Counted from the stretch's first letter, positions 15,001-29,613 are shown. The stretch: DNA of 64,000 nucleotides from Balanoglossus misakiensis (GCA_040954595.2 CM082583.2:466542-530541); one strand, 5' to 3'. Notes: generated by a model from the letters alone, not told the origin. A program made the numbers and translations.

Positions 15001-18000
15001 GGCCGTAAAAAATCGACTTGTTCAACGTTACCAGTGTGCAACTGTTTCTGCTCTAGAGTGTCAGGGTTTTAGCCGATTTATTCTGTAGGAAATCAGAGTT
15101 GATGAACGGGAATTCAATGTTAGAAAACCCGCGTGGAAAGTATCTCTACTCGTTTGAAACTAAGAAAAGAATTTATTCTTATTTATTTTGTAAAAAAGAC
15201 AATGTTTCGAAACAAAGGCGAAAATGGTAATTTTGTCTTGGGTGATTCAAATTATACCACCTTTTCTGGAATTTGCAGCACTTTTTACAAGAGAACGACA
15301 CTTCATGCTCCATAATATTTCCGAAAATGAAGAAAAGAGTTAATTTTTTATGAGTTTTTAAAATTTTACCATTTTTATCAAAATATGGCCAAAATGGCTA
15401 TTTTTTCTTGAATTCCGTCAATATCTCTGCATTTTTGGAGTGGTCGAAACTTTTAACATACAATCAACATGTCATATATGATCGGGGCACCAAATTCGAA
15501 GAACAAAGGTTTTTTTATTTTTTTTTCTAAAAATGACATTTTCAAGGAAAATTTGGTAAAACGCAATTTTGTCTGCAGTGAGCCAAATTAGACGGTCTTT
15601 TGTGGAATTTGTATCGATATATACATACGAAGAGCATTCTATACTCCATCAGATTTCCGAAAATGTAGAAAAGGGTATTTTTTGTAATTTTGAAAAATTT
15701 TCCATTTTGACCAAATTGTGGCTAAAATTGTTATTTTCGTGTTGAATGCCGCCAGTGTCACTGCTTTTAAAAGTCATAAAAACTTTTAACATACAAGCCA
15801 TTCTTTATATATGATCAGGTCACCGAATTAAAAAAATAAAGAATGTTTTGCCTAAAAATGACCTTTTAGGTGCAAAAACGAATAAAACGTAATTTTGTAT
15901 TAAATCAGTTCATTCAGAGTGCATTTTTTATAATCAGCACCATTTTTACATATAATGGAAATTTCATACATCATCAGATATCCAAATATGAAAAAATGAT
16001 TTAGATTTTAGATGATTGTCCAAAATTAGCTGATATCTAATAAATGTAGTATTGAACCGTTCTGTTTCCCCCCCCCCCCTATATTATATGCGGTACGCCG
16101 ATGTCAGCTTACCCGGCAGTACTGCAGGCCGTGCCCCCAACTAACGTCGGTGTTTGTAACGCCCTGGTTAAATTCGGGCTTTCTCTATAAATTGACAGGC
16201 AATAATGCAGTCCTACCCGAACAAATGTCGAGTGTTGACCCGCTGTGACTTTCCCTCTTCGGTTTGCCCGACTTAGCCAACGTCTTTGTACTAGAGTGTC
16301 GGGTCTTTTGCAGAGCCAGGCCGAAGGAAATCCGACTTGATCACCGTTGCTAACGAACGCTAGTGTCTGTCATGGTGTGCCGGGGTTTTAGTCGAGCCAG
16401 GCCGTAGGAGATCTGCCTTGATCATCGTGGTCAATGTACGCGTGTTTCCGCTCTAAAGTGCCGGGGCTTCAGCTAAACCATGCCGTAGGAAATCCGACGT
16501 AATCACCGTTGATAACTTACGCCAGTCTGTGTCATATAGAGCCGGTGCACCAGCCGAGTCACGCCGTAGGAAATCTGACTTGATCAACGTGGTCAATGTA
16601 CGCCTGTTTCTGCTCTAGAGTGCCGGGGCTTCAGCTGAGCCAGGCCGTAGGAAACCCGACGTGATTACCGTTGTTAACTTACGCCAGTCTGTGTCCTATA
16701 TATAGTGCCGGGGCATCAGCCGTGCCAGGCCGAAGGAAATGTGAGTAGATCAACGTGGTCTCTGTACGCGTGTTTCTGCTCTAGAGTGCCGGGGCTTTAT
16801 CCAAGCCATGCCGTAGAAAATCTGACTTGATCACCGTTGCTAACGTACGATAGTGTCTGTCATATTGTGACGGAGATTTAGCCGAGCCAGGCCGTAGAAA
16901 AATCGACTTGTTCAACGTTACCAGTGTGCAACTGTTTCTGCTCTAAAGTCTCAGGGTTTTAGCCGACTTATGCTGTAGGAAATCTGAGTTGATGAACGGG
17001 AATTCAATGTTAGAAAACCCGTGTGGAAAGTATCTCTACCCGTTTGAAACTAAGAAAAGAATTTATTCTTATTTTATTTCTAAAAATGACATTTTCAAGG
17101 AAAATTTGGTAAAACGCAATTTTGTCTGCAGTGAGCCAAATTAGACGGTCTTTTGTGGAATTTGTATCGATATATACATACGAAGAGCATTCTATACTCC
17201 ATCAGATTTCCGAAAATGTAGAGAACAGGTATTTTTTGTAATTTTCAAAAATTTACCATTTTGACCAAATTATGGCTAAAATTGTTATTTTCGTGTTGAA
17301 TGCCGCCAGTGTCACTGCTTTTAAAAGTCATAAAAACTTTTAACATACAAGCAATTGTTTATATATGATCAGGTCACCGAATTAAAAAAAATAAAGAATG
17401 TTTGGCCTAAAAATGACCTTTTTGGTGCAAAAACGAATAAAACGCAATTTTGTATTAAATAACCTCATTCAGAGTGCATTTTTTTATAATCAGCACCATT
17501 TTTACATATAATGGAAATTTCATACATCACCAGATATCCAAATATGAAAAAATGATTTAGATTTTAGATGATTGTCCAAAATTAGCTGATATCTAATAAA
17601 TGTAGTATTGAACCGTTCTGTTCCCCCCCCCCCTCCCCTACATTATATGCGGTACGCCGATGTCAGCTTACCCGGCAGTACTGCAGGCCGTGCCCCCACC
17701 TAACGTCGGTGTTTGAAACGCCCTGGTTAAATTCGGGCTTTCTCTATAAATTGACAGGCAATAATGCAGTCCTACCCGAACAAATGTCGAGTGTTGACAC
17801 GCTGTGACTTTCCCTCTTCGGTTTGCCCGACTTAGCCGACGTCTTTGTACTAGAGTGTCGGGTCTTTTGCAGAGCCAGGCCGAAGGAAATCCGACTTGAT
17901 CACCGTTGCTAACGAACGCTAGTGTCTGTCATGGTGTGCCGGGGTTTTAGTCGAGCCAGGCCGTAGGAGATCTGACTTGATCATCGTGGTCAATGTACGC

Positions 18001-18213
18001 GTGTTTCCGCTCTAAAGTGCCGGGGCTTCAGCTAAACCAGGCCGTAGGAAATCCGACGTAATCACCGTTGATAACTTACGCCAGTCTGTGTCATATAGAG
18101 CCGGTGCACCAGCCGAGTCACGCCGTAGGAAATCTGACTTGATCAACGTGGTCAATGTACGCCTGTTTCTGCTCTAGAGTGCCGGGGCTTCAGCTGAGCC
18201 AGGCCGTAGGAAA
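1..18213. repeat. Composite tandem macrosatellite, left block (~2.05-kb unit: array of 81-bp GC-rich monomers, AT-rich ~335-bp subrepeats, poly-C-containing linker)
   Basis: The marker ttctgt(t)cccccc recurs at ~1365, 3415, 5628, 8001, 9911, 11963, 14018, 16068 and 17623. The motif ccgtagga recurs every 81 bp (e.g. 1698, 1779, 1860). Near-identical short ORFs recur in the ORF track. Confidence 0.97.
8788..8974 (+). mobile_element. 5'-truncated L2-type LINE 3' end (187 bp) inserted in the satellite
   Basis: Flanked by a 6-bp TSD aacgct (8782-8787 and 8975-8980). Encodes FKRNLKTYLF, resembling the FK..LKT.LF C-terminus of L2 ORF2. Has a 3'UTR stem gcgct...agcgc and an (AAT)n tail. Absent from the other satellite units. 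Confidence 0.8.
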
Positions 18214-18239
18214 CACAGCACGAAATAGGCATTTTAAGT

Positions 18240-18465
18240 CATTTTATGCAATTGCATAATACTGCATAAAGTTGGTCTTCTTTTACAAGCCCCTTTATGC
18301 AACCGCTTAAAGAGGTGTGAAGTTGGTCAACAGTGTTTATCTTGCTATCTCCTTTAATTGGTTGCATAATTGTATAATGGCTTACCGATTATATGCACCT
18401 TTATGCAAAGTATAAAGATGGTTACATGACTCAACGAATATATACACATTTATGCACGTTATAAA
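18240..18465. repeat. Left subterminal repeat cluster of the CACTA element (TTATGCA/TGCATAA, both orientations)
   Basis: tttatgcaattgcataat, tgcataaag, tttatgcaac, ttgcataat, tttatgcaaag, tttatgcacg. Confidence 0.85.
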
Positions 18466-19759
18466 GACGGCCACAGTTTTCAGGAAGCGCCAGCCATCGG
18501 CAACCTGGTCGGCTACTTTGCGGTACTGGTGGCCTAGCTACTTTTTCTTATTAAAATACCACCCCCTCATTCGATCTTTGACAGTCATACAATTGAAACA
18601 ATAGCCTAATTTAACCGTTTTGCATTGCTATATGTCATCGACATTTGAAGTGCATGACAGAACGAATGTCATTGGGCCGACTAGGCCCCACTGGCTTTGA
18701 ACATCATGTCATGACTATGGTATATGTCATATATGTCAGACGATCGGTTATTAGCATATCAGTGTGGGATTGTGGCAGGTGGAGGCGCAGTACAGGTTGC
18801 GATAATGATCATTTGAGCCTTCTCTGTAGCGTTTGTAAAACGCCGTTGTTATAAAAATCACAAATAAATATCTCTTCATTACATTGACATGATTTTTATG
18901 CGAATAAACAACACATTGGCATATGATTTCAAAGTACGGTAGGCAACAAGGTACAGTCGCGTGTGCGGCGCTCCATATATCTCGGGACACTCGCGCAATG
19001 CCACTCAGCCTCCTAGATGAAAAAAATCCGACCACGCGGTGGTTGGAACCCCATTCATGGCGCTAAGCGCTGTAACATTTGTTAGAACAATATGATACAA
19101 TGTTTATATGCTTATTGACCTTATAATGCATACATGCGTCTAATAGTGGAAGTGACCTCATGAATGACATTGTTTTCAAGCTCATCCTTTCATGAATAAC
19201 GTGTGACCAACAGCGCAAAACTGGCCAATTACGGTTCCAACATGCGTCTATGGTTCCAACAACAGACAAAATAAAAACTAGAAAAGTATACAGAGATACA
19301 AAACCAGCAAATATTGCTTCTAGGGTGATTAAAGCCATGATTGACGCCCTGAAAGATGTGAAATGACTCAGTTGTGTTCACTATTCATCAAGAATTGAAA
19401 GGAAGCAGCAAGTTATGGTGAAAACAAAAGCGGACATAAGGCAAAAATACGGGAGTTGACAGTGACACGTTCGGCATAGCGGGCAGACATAAATGCGTCG
19501 GGGGAAAGCCGGGCCATTAGTGATAGCGTCGGGGGCCCCGACGCTGTTTGGGCCTGGGGAGAGCTGTATATTTACAAATCAGACAAGAGTAGTCATCAAA
19601 ACTCTTAGTATACTCAATACTTATAGTATGTTTTAGGAATGCACAATTACCCGTAATGCATTGGGTTTAAAATGTTTCTTCCAGCGAAGAGAGCGAGAAG
19701 GGACTTGAAAACGTATGCCCCTTGAATCTTCGGAACAATAATAAATAGAAAACATACAT

Positions 19760-20800
19760 GTGTAAAAGAAAGTTGTATCTAAAAACCGTCTAGTTTGCAT
19801 TAGTCACATGCACTTCTCTTCGTAATGTTTATTCCGTAAACGCATCTATCGCACGTTTTTAACACATTTCCCAGGTTTTAGACTCGGTTGGTCTAAATTG
19901 CCTGGAGGCGGTGAAGAAGGACCGTGTGTGTATCTTGTTGCAAGGTGCGGGCGTCCTTTGATCTGCACAGCACATAGGTTAATGGTAAAACTTAGCGTTT
20001 GTATAAACATTGATGTGCAAACACACGGAAAACGTTCCCACCACAGTTGCACCGATTAACATGTCAAACGCGTGTTTATGTTCTTGCCCTCCAGACAAAC
20101 ATTCGAGGTTTTGAACACCGACTCCCCTGTATGAGTCGAAATGATGTCTGCGGAGAACGAGCTTCTCAGAATTACACATGCACAACACACGCATGTCTAA
20201 AATGACGTCCAACTATTGTCTCACCAAGAACATCGGTTACATGTATCTTTATTTGTACGTATGCGATGCTGATCCCTGTAATCGTAATGTAAAGCCCGAT
20301 AAAATCAAGTGTGGACGCGCTGCACGCGCGTTGCCACTGCAGTGATTTTCAATGTACCTACATGTAAAAGGAAGGCTGATGATATAAATTATATCCCTAC
20401 TAGGCCTAGCACAGCCCATACGAAACAACAGCCTACGTTTCGGATGCGGCGCTCTTAATTTGTGTGGGCTGGCAATGAGCGCTGCACTGGATGCCTTCCA
20501 ACTACATAACCCCCCCCCCCCCAAACGTTCATGAACTATAGTAGTTCGAACAAATAAAAAGTATTGGCCTGTGGTGCGTGCCTGTGTTGCTGATCAGGAC
20601 AGCATCGATAGACCAGCAAAGAATGTCTTGAAACATGGCTATAACTCTGGCATAATAGGCCTACTGACCAATTGTAGAAACAAAATCCAATTGAAATTAA
20701 GCCCATCCCCGAATGTGTGAAAAGCGTGTTTTTCCGACGAGAATATCTCGAAATTTTTCGCGTAGAAGCGTTCTAAATCGTTATTTCTGAATACTGGGGC
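19760..20800 (-). pseudogene. Highly decayed piggyBac-like transposase relic
   Basis: Minus-strand fragments fall in piggyBac order: LREKFRDIL (~MSR.RF..IL), WSIDAVLI...GTH (~SIDE.MI...GRH), DIIYIISLPF...CSGNARAAR (~DNYFTSLPL...CGT.R.NR), W*DNS, RGVGVQNLE (~MGGVD.LD), KGRP, then a Cys-rich tail. Many stops and frameshifts. Confidence 0.5.
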
Positions 20801-21994
20801 CAGTATTTTGTCAGCGAAATCGCATTTCGTTCATTGCCGCTCCAACCAAAATTACAACAGATAGTACGCTCAATTATGCTCAGCCTGTTGAAATATTAAC
20901 ATTCGACGGAGCCGGTGGTCCAGTCAGCGATCACGTGAAACACAGCTATTATTAGAAAAAGAGACTCGACTCGTCGCGGTGATATATAGGCCTAAATCGG
21001 CAAATGGCGTGCCCATTTGCGTTTACTCAAATGAAACTGAGTATCTAGCGAACCCCGTCATATTAAAATATAATATTACGGAGAGCTGTTCTCTGTGTTC
21101 CAATTACTAGCATGGCTCTAGTGATTCCTGTTTCTCCCCTGCCCTGTTAACGGGGAATTCAGTCGCCAACACACCGTGCACACACAGCACGATGTAATCG
21201 ACTGGACGACGATCGTGCCAATAATCTGATGCTTCTTACAATCGAAGGATCAAGGTTGCAGACTTTCGTTTCAACCGAGCAAGGGAAACTTTCGCTTCGC
21301 GTGCAAATAGAAATCCTGTTAATTCTACTAAAAGTTCATTTCCAATGACTGTAGAGCGTTACAGTATTAGTTACAACACCTGAATTTCGTTGACTTGAAT
21401 TCGGAAATGGCCGTAATTACGCGTTCGAGACTAGTCTGTGTTTTCCTGCCTACATTCTCGAGCTCCGTTTCGACTTGAGCGTGATAGGTGATAGCCTATG
21501 ACCGCTCTGATCAGAATTACACTAATTGTGTTGATTAATATTATTAGGTTAAACAGGATATTCCTCCGAGTCCACGAACGCTTACGACACCAACTGATGC
21601 TATATGTATGTCTCTGCTCGCGGCAATGAAATACAAGGTCTTGTGCAACATAAAATTTAGTCGTATCGCCAATTATAAAATGTCACAATTAAAATGACGT
21701 CGAATTATATCAGTCATCAGCGCTGGCCATTTGAGTTTGGATTTTCATTGTTCGACAGAGAATGATAATTTGATTGTAGCGTAGAAATCGTTGCACCGAC
21801 CGCGGCACATACAGCATCAAAGGACGCATCGATTGCTGCGCGTTCTCTTAATCATGCACGCGAAATGTTAGAATTAAGTAAAAATGTAGCAGAACTTTTT
21901 CTCTTGACGCAACAGAAATCTTGCCGATTCAGGGAGTTATGATAAATCGTTTCGCACACTTAGTGAAAAACACGGGAAGGCCCCATAACCGCCG

Positions 21995-22995
21995 AACACT
22001 TATGTTTCGTTCTAGTGGTAAACTGACCGTGAACGTTGGTTGTATTACCGTCCTGGTGACGTTATGAACTGTAAATTCTGCCAGAAATTCAATAAACGAT
22101 CGTATAAAACAAGACGTCGTGCAAGTGACTGAGACAAGACACCATCAAAGTGCGCAGGCAGAGAGTGCAGCACATAAAGACGCGATGAAACGTGAACTGT
22201 AGGCCCTAGACCTTAACACGCAGAATATTGCCGAGTTTCATTGCCGAAGTAGTACAGACAGACACGATCTCACCGGCTTTCAGAGACTTTTATTTTTTAA
22301 TAGCCAACAAGCGAATAATTCCCCATACCACGAATTTTGAGCCAGTGAATTACCGGTACTGACGCAACTCGGTTTATCAATGAAAGACAGTTTCCCGGAG
22401 AACCGGAGTCTGGGGGCCGTAGTCGGTTCTCGGGAACCTGTGTGAACGAGTATTGCGGCGACAAGTCGATAAAAAATCTATGAATCCTGACATCGGTCCT
22501 CGAGAATAAATCGATTAAAGAAATGTAGACTTGAATTTGTACTCAATAAATAAGGCTGTCACGGTAGACGAAACTACTGATGTCAACATAAGCGAGCAGT
22601 TGACTCGAACTGTAGACATTTACATGTAGATGAGTCCGGTAATTTATTATCAGTGAATTCAAAGTTCTTGAAACTCAATGAACCACTGAAACGTACCCGA
22701 TACTGACAATGAACAGAGCGCGACACTTGGGGCGAAAACATAGCTCGGCATATGTTACGAAGTCTTTAGAAGAGAAAAAAATCAGATTTGGCCTAGTTGG
22801 TATCGGCACCGATGAGTTATGACAGGCAAGAAATCTATCGTGGTTCGGCGCTTAAAATATTCAGCGAAGTAATAAGTCCAAACCACTTCAACTGACATTA
22901 TTGCCCGCGATGTAGCTCCCACGAAGCGGCTTACTTCGATGTTGCGGCAGTTTTATGACTTCTACAGCGCTGTGCCGCACTACACGCAATTCAGA
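21995..22995 (+). pseudogene. Decayed hAT (ZNF862/ZMYM-like) transposase relic
   Basis: Fragments in hAT order: RWLYYRPGDVMNCKFCQK (TTF-type Zn finger, ~22034), ESAAHKDA, TVDETTDVNISEQL (first catalytic Asp motif, 22561-22602), LVGIGTD..MTGKK...RLK, LRQFYDFY. Frameshifted and internally deleted. Confidence 0.75.
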
Positions 22996-24613
22996 TAAAA
23001 CTGCGTGTCTGAGAAACTGCACGCCTCTCTATACTATTTCTCTTAGATCACTGCCTAAGTTTCCAAAGACGTGCGTTCGTCCCTGCGCGTTTTTCATCAT
23101 TTCAAATAATATACTCCAAACTGAAGCGACAAGTATGGTTTCTCTTCTTATTTCTGATCACATCAGTATAAAAGACCAGAAACATTGAATCTCAAACAGT
23201 TTTCATGTTTTCGTTTACGGCCTAACGGTAACCACCACCCCCACGACCGCTTCCGCGGACAGACTCTCCCACAACCCTTAGTATAGTTATAGGCGGCGAG
23301 AGGGGATGTGAGAGAGTCTGATACTTCCATGTAACTTGTATGTACACCCTCTCAAAATCTTGAAGGGGCACGGACTGGGGAGAGACTTACGTCTCACCCA
23401 GAAAGTGTTATTGAGTGAATGCGAATGTAATTGAAGAGCTGCCAGAGTCAAATTCTGACCTCTTGCTACCGGTGTTTGAACACGAAATTGTAACCCATGT
23501 TGCGCTGTACATCTGAATGTAAAAGCACCCTGCAGCATATAATTGACTGCCAAAATTTCTTTAATATCCAGTCGAGAAGTAGATGCTCTCCGAACCTAAC
23601 TCAGACTGTAGTCGAGCTAATGACATGTGCTAGCGAACAGTGCCGGCCGCACCGTCTTCTCAATTATGCCCTACATGACAGCAACTGGATTGCGAATCTA
23701 CTGACTGCACTACGCGCAATTTGTTCACACTGCACGGGCGAAATCGACAATTTCACTCATTTTATGCAATCATTATACACCCCTTGTTTGGCGCTATCGA
23801 TGTGTGTGATCAGTTCAATTTTAGTTCTGTAAATGCGATATTAGCTTAGTAGTGATACAACTGCCAACCACATCATAAAACGCGGTTTTAACCAGCATGT
23901 CTGACACGGCCTTCAATCTTTATGATTTTCCATTGTGTACTCAAGATTCCCACGCAGTGAATGACTTCCATTGATATGCTAATTAGAGTCTTTGCACAAA
24001 GACAATGAATCAGATCAGAGTGAAGGTCAAAGTTTGCTGCTTGTATTTGAATCTTGAAAACTCCTTGGAAAATCGCCTGAATTACGCTCGTTTTGTTTCC
24101 CTTTGCCGTTTAAACGTCCTCCCTATTAAAGATTGGTCGCAGTATTAAAATGACCCAATTTCGTTATGATATATGGCTCACAGCTACTGGTGGGGAAACC
24201 AGCAGAGCACCACCCCCATAGCTGCGTTACACAGCCAGGTCAAATAATGATAGATTATTGACACATTGTTGTTTTCCAATAAACTGTTCAGTCTGTGGGC
24301 AGAATCATTTTGTCCCCTGGGGCTGAGGCCTTTACCATGCATAGCAGAAAAAGCTTATGTCTGCTTTGTTTCATGAAACTGTATACATGTACTTCTTAAT
24401 TTGACCCTTAAGCAAAACACACACACACATACACACTAGTTTATGTGGGTAACAAAGTTACTGGAGACAAGTAATTCATTCATGAAAGTAATAAATTTAT
24501 TGCAGATATGAATATTCAAGTAAAATGTACAACTATGAAAAATATACAAGATGCATCATACTTAACACTGAAAATTACAGGGGAGCATGACATAGGTTTC
24601 TTTCTCTCTTATA

Positions 24614-27600
24614 TTAATATGCAACAACTCTGCGGTTGATTGCACTGACAACTTGGCTATTATCTTTCAAATCAGTACAGGCAAAGCGGCAAGAAATACG
24701 ATGTATTGGCAAAAAGCTACACTTCCCATATGGTTCAAATGTCTTCTGTTGCCAGACTTCAACACAATTACCAAATTTGTCCTTGTTTTCATGTGGCTTA
24801 TACCATCTTACCATTGCAAAGTTGTGTACAAGTCTCTTGCCATCTATCTCAACAGAGTGACTAAAATACCAATCAACCTGACAAGGTCGAAGATTACATG
24901 GAGAAATATCAAAGTCCCCAGTGTTACCTGCCCATTTAGCCATAACTCTTGCACTTCTTAACATTCTGCATGCCATTTTAGACCCAAATCTCTCTCCAAA
25001 GATATATACATATGCATATTTTTTTACAAGTTTACTAATACAGCTTGCAACTTTATTTGGATACATATACTCGTATACAGCTTTAATTAGGTTTGTATCC
25101 TCAACAGAAAGGGCTCCTTCAACATACGCATTTGGGACATATACAGATTCATTACATCCCCAGTTAATGTTTTCCATTAATTTTGCATCAGGAGCACTCA
25201 GAAGAAAGAAATTGCTCGCCTTGCATACATCTTGTTTTGATCCTGGTCTTTCAATCAGATTTGAGAATATCCCAGAAAGACCGTTCTTCATTTCTTTGTT
25301 TTGTACAAACCTCAGTACTGTAATTTTCCTCATAAACTGTATTTCTACTGACCTGTTATTAGTGGGAATATCCCCAAAATACCCATTATATCTCTCAAAA
25401 GGGAAGCACCAAAATGCACTAATGGGTCCATAGTCAAATAAACACTCTCTCAGATGACACACAAGGTGCATGTTTGGAGTAATCATTTTCTTACTATACA
25501 GCGTCTCACACTTAATGCAAAAGTTCAATAACAAGATGTCAGCTTTTCTGATATCAGCTTCACACAGGTATGGCTTGCATAATATTTTACAGGCTAAAAC
25601 AAACCGTTCCCAACATAATAAGTGATTCTCAGGAATAAGCCCATTCAAGCAGTACATGGAAAAAACAGTAATCCAATACTTCCATTCATCAGCAGAAAAT
25701 TTCCCGTAATTTGAAGCAATTTTATTGGGTATCCTACCAATGTCACATGCTACTGTCATGGACTGTATTCTATTTTGAAGAACACTAAGTTTTTTGGGTG
25801 ATAAGAACATATCTAGATATACCTTGAACATCTTTTTACCAATCCCAAGAAATAAGTTATGCATTGGATCAATTGAAATCATCTTAACACAATCAAAGTA
25901 TGGTAGCTCAACAAGAACAGAGTAATATGTCCCATACTTCTGAGAAAGCCTGTTAGATTCTTTGACAGTTTTACAATTATTTACATCATGGGCATATTTA
26001 TTATGCTTTGCCTTTGTTCTCTTTGGCCAGTTATCCCTGTCAAAGCCAGAGTAGTCCTTCTTTTCTCCAAAGCCACCAGGAAATACTTTATAACACTTTG
26101 AACAACCAACACTGGCTGCATGAGACTTGAAACCACCTATTTTTCTGGCAGCAGGTATATCTGACACAACAGAAAGTAGAGCTGCTCTTACTTTGACAGG
26201 GACACTTGATGAACTGGTTCCTAAATTCAAACCTTTCCAAAGTTTCTGTAATTCACTGACAAAAGGCTGGAGAAAAGAATTCAAACTGAATGGTTCTTTA
26301 TCAAGAGGAGGTAGGATTCCAGCAACTATAACGTTTTCAAACTTAAAGCGGATTACCCGTGGCATATTTAGTATCACAAAATATATCACACCAACAGAGT
26401 AATCATTTCTGTTTTTGAAGGGTTGAAACCAATCAACATTCATTGATAATGCTAAATTCCATTCTTTTGCTAGAAAATCTTCACCATCATAAGTTTGAAA
26501 TTCTTTCCATATGTTGCCATCATAAATATCTGTATATATTTTGTTACCTTCACAGTCTGTTTGTTCTGTATGTTTCTCTCTCCATTCTTCTAGTTTAGCA
26601 GGTATGTCTGCACGAAGCAAGATACTTTCTATTGAGTCAATAAGACTGACATATGAGAACACTTTCATTGGATAGAATCTAACAGTCCCATTTAAAATCA
26701 CATGCTTTGCAAGTGGCTGTCCACACTTTACTTGTTTCCCATTCTTAAATCTCTTCTTGTCACAACATCTGGCAAAGAATCTGCCATTCTGTCTAACAGC
26801 AAGGTTATCAATATCATGCAATGTAGCACATCTAGGATTTGGACAAACAGCTTTCTTAAGGAAATCATCCCTGTCAAGGTTCACACACTGACGAAGCATA
26901 TACAGAGATGCTGGTAAACACACAGCAAGTTCAGTTATATATTCATTATGCACAGTTACCCCAATGATGTTAAAAACAGTTGACAGAAACTGTAAAAGCC
27001 ATGACAAACAATTATCACTGACATGACAGCTGGCTTGCCAATACAACAGAAAATAAAGAATCCATGAAACCAACTCATTTACTTTAGCTATTTTGGACCT
27101 GTGTCTTTGAACCAATAAAGGTTGACCCAAATCTTGTAGAAATTCTTCTTCGTTTTCCTCTTCCCAAATTACCCCACCATCATCGTCTTCACTATCACTA
27201 GATGACATTGCAGCTTCCTGGACTTGACTTGCCCTACCACTTATACCATCTTCAGTATCGCTGAACGCTGACTCCTCTCCTGAGATGTCACTATCAGAGC
27301 CAGACCACTATGAAAAAGGGAAAGATATATAATAGATTTATTATTAATCACCAAGTTTACAATGTCATCATGGTTTGGCATAGACAACCAACCAGTCAGA
27401 TATTCTTACAAAGTCAAAGAGACATTTTTCAATGTGGCTTGATATACCAAATAAAATCTTGTAAGTTGCTCCAAATTGCCAGGTAAAATATGTCATTGTT
27501 AAACAATACTATTTTGCCTTATGGCATTCTCTTTGTAATACTGTAAAAACGGGAAATTTTCCGGCGATATCAAGAGACAACTGATATGTTCTCATAATTC

Positions 27601-28911
27601 ACTGCATGATTATCTCAGAAAAACATTTTACACGGCAGTTTGTTGTCGCGTTTATTTTGACTGTTGCGTAGTTTGCAAAAATGTATCATTCGTAAAAAAT
27701 TCCTGTTTTAAAGTATGTAATGTCTTGCTTGCCACCAAACCAGTAACAGTACCATAACACCAACTGTGTTGACAGTGTACATAGTCTAAATTCATGGGAT
27801 GGATTGAGTAATTACCTGCAAATCCCAGTTCGAGTCATCCTTATTCAACAACCCTCCGTCTTCAGTGACATTCTCACTTGATGCAGTGGATATATTAGGA
27901 GTACTGGCCTGTGCCTTCTTTATCAGATGACACCTAAAAGCTGATTCCAAAGGAGAGCCTGGTGACATCATAAAAGGTTCAGCATCTGGGATACCACATC
28001 CTGGAAAGAACAAACACGTACATGTTGTTGTTACACAACCCATTTCAGAAATGAAAAAAACATCACAAAATAACCAGAGCATGACACTAACAATATTTTT
28101 TTAAATAGTTGATAAGAAAACTAGATGCCAGCAAGAATTCTGCTTGGACTAGTTCAACTCCAACACACATATGGTCACACCGATAGATGCAAGCGAACTA
28201 TACACTTTACAGTGACCCCCCCCCCCCCCGAAGAGGGTGTACACTATATTTGCATGTTTTTGAAATCAAACTAAAACAAAAAAACTACACAGCAACATAT
28301 TCTACATCTACGCACCATGTGACAAAATGGTGCTGGCATACAATGTTAGGAGACCACTGGCAGAAAAAGTAGGCAACTGAAATTGGGCAATGTCAGAACT
28401 AAATAAATGTTGCAGTTAAATTACCATTATCATCAGAGCTTTCAGTATCCAGTGGGTTCTTTGTATGAATCATTGTAATTTTCCGTCTGGATTTTGATGA
28501 TTTTTTTTCATGTATATGTACCTCCCAGGAACAGGATTGATAATTGAAATATGTTCTTTTATGTCTCAAAAAGTTTCTTGTACTGAAGGTCTCATGACAC
28601 ACTGGACACACACGACCTCTCTTTGGTGTTTGAAAATCCTATAAATAAAAGAAAAGTTGTCATTAATTTTTCAAAACATTGTGCAAATTGGACTTAATAC
28701 CAATTTCTTTACAATCACAGCCATAAATTTTCAAACTTTGTAGAACCAAATTGATAACTGGACTTCTTGGAAAATCACTACCTACGCATGAAACCCTATT
28801 TTGCATCGCTTCTGGTTTTACAATGAAATCAAGCACTGTATAGCAACATTTATTATATGCTTTGAACTATATTGTGTAACAACGATACATATAAGCATTG
28901 AAACTTACCAT
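24614..28911 (-). CDS. EnSpm/CACTA transposase (Tnp2/Transposase_21-like), ~1031 aa; predicted join complement(28909..28911,28425..28638,27816..28000,24614..27307)
   Basis: The 864-aa ORF has DIYDG.IW, NVDWFQPF, SVGVIYFVILNMP, DIPAARK.GGF, CSKC, IDPMHNLFLG, TPNMHL.CHL and FWCFPFERYNG. Upstream exons join through GT-AG introns with consistent phases and add an N-terminal CPVC...H Zn-finger-like motif and an acidic region. Confidence 0.93.
27539..27715. mobile_element. TA-flanked MITE in a transposase intron
   Basis: TIR tactgtaaaaacgggaaatttt versus reverse complement of the right end tactttaaaacaggaatttttt. A related left end occurs at 31204. Confidence 0.6.
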
Positions 28912-29613
28912 TTCATGAATGTCTTGGGAATAAATCACTCAAGGGTGAATATGAGGCATTCAAAAGCAAACATAAAGCTACTGTCAAAATCCAAGTGCAG
29001 GTGACAGATACAGGAAACTGGTTTGCTGTAATATTGCAGTTGCTGTTGAAACAGAAGTAATAAAAACGTTAATGTTAAAAGTCATTGTACATTTAATTTC
29101 AGTATGCGACCAACTGGTATGATATTCAACTGAATTATCAAAACACAACTTCAGAAAATGTTAGACATGTTCTACTTATTGTTGCCAACTCTTTCTAATT
29201 ATCATGATCCTTATGTAAAATTTGAAGAGGAAAATTGCTTGGTTGACACATATTTGAGACCACAATATCCACGTGCTAGTATATATATTGCTTTCCTGTA
29301 AAGCTACATCAGCAAGTACAAGTAAAAGCAGCTGAGCATTCTGCCATTGCTACTCAACCATGCAGCATTGTCTCTCGTATGCACATAGTTTACACACCCT
29401 AACATGTTGATCATTCCAGAGTACATATACACTGTATCTACATTTAGACTCTATCTTTGGACATATATACTTACTAGCTGCCTTAAATTATATTATAATT
29501 AATCATGCGTGTCCTACAAGCCTCACACATGACCGAGGCTATCGAAATCATGCTTAGTTGGAACTCGAAACCCCGACTGATGCAACCGCAGTATATAGTA
29601 GAAAGGTTTGTAA

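Noticed and set aside
1-18213. CRISPR-like array suggested by regularly spaced ccgtagga motifs
   Set aside because: The intervening sequences are themselves repeated monomers, not unique spacers. No cas genes, and the context is eukaryotic.
23000-24450. Additional cargo gene in the CACTA element
   Set aside because: Only short ORFs without motifs, and I could not build a consistent exon chain.
24636-26917. Plus-strand ORFs overlapping the CACTA transposase (and similar antisense ORFs over the Penelope and LINE ORFs)
   Set aside because: Antisense shadows of real coding sequence with no independent motifs.
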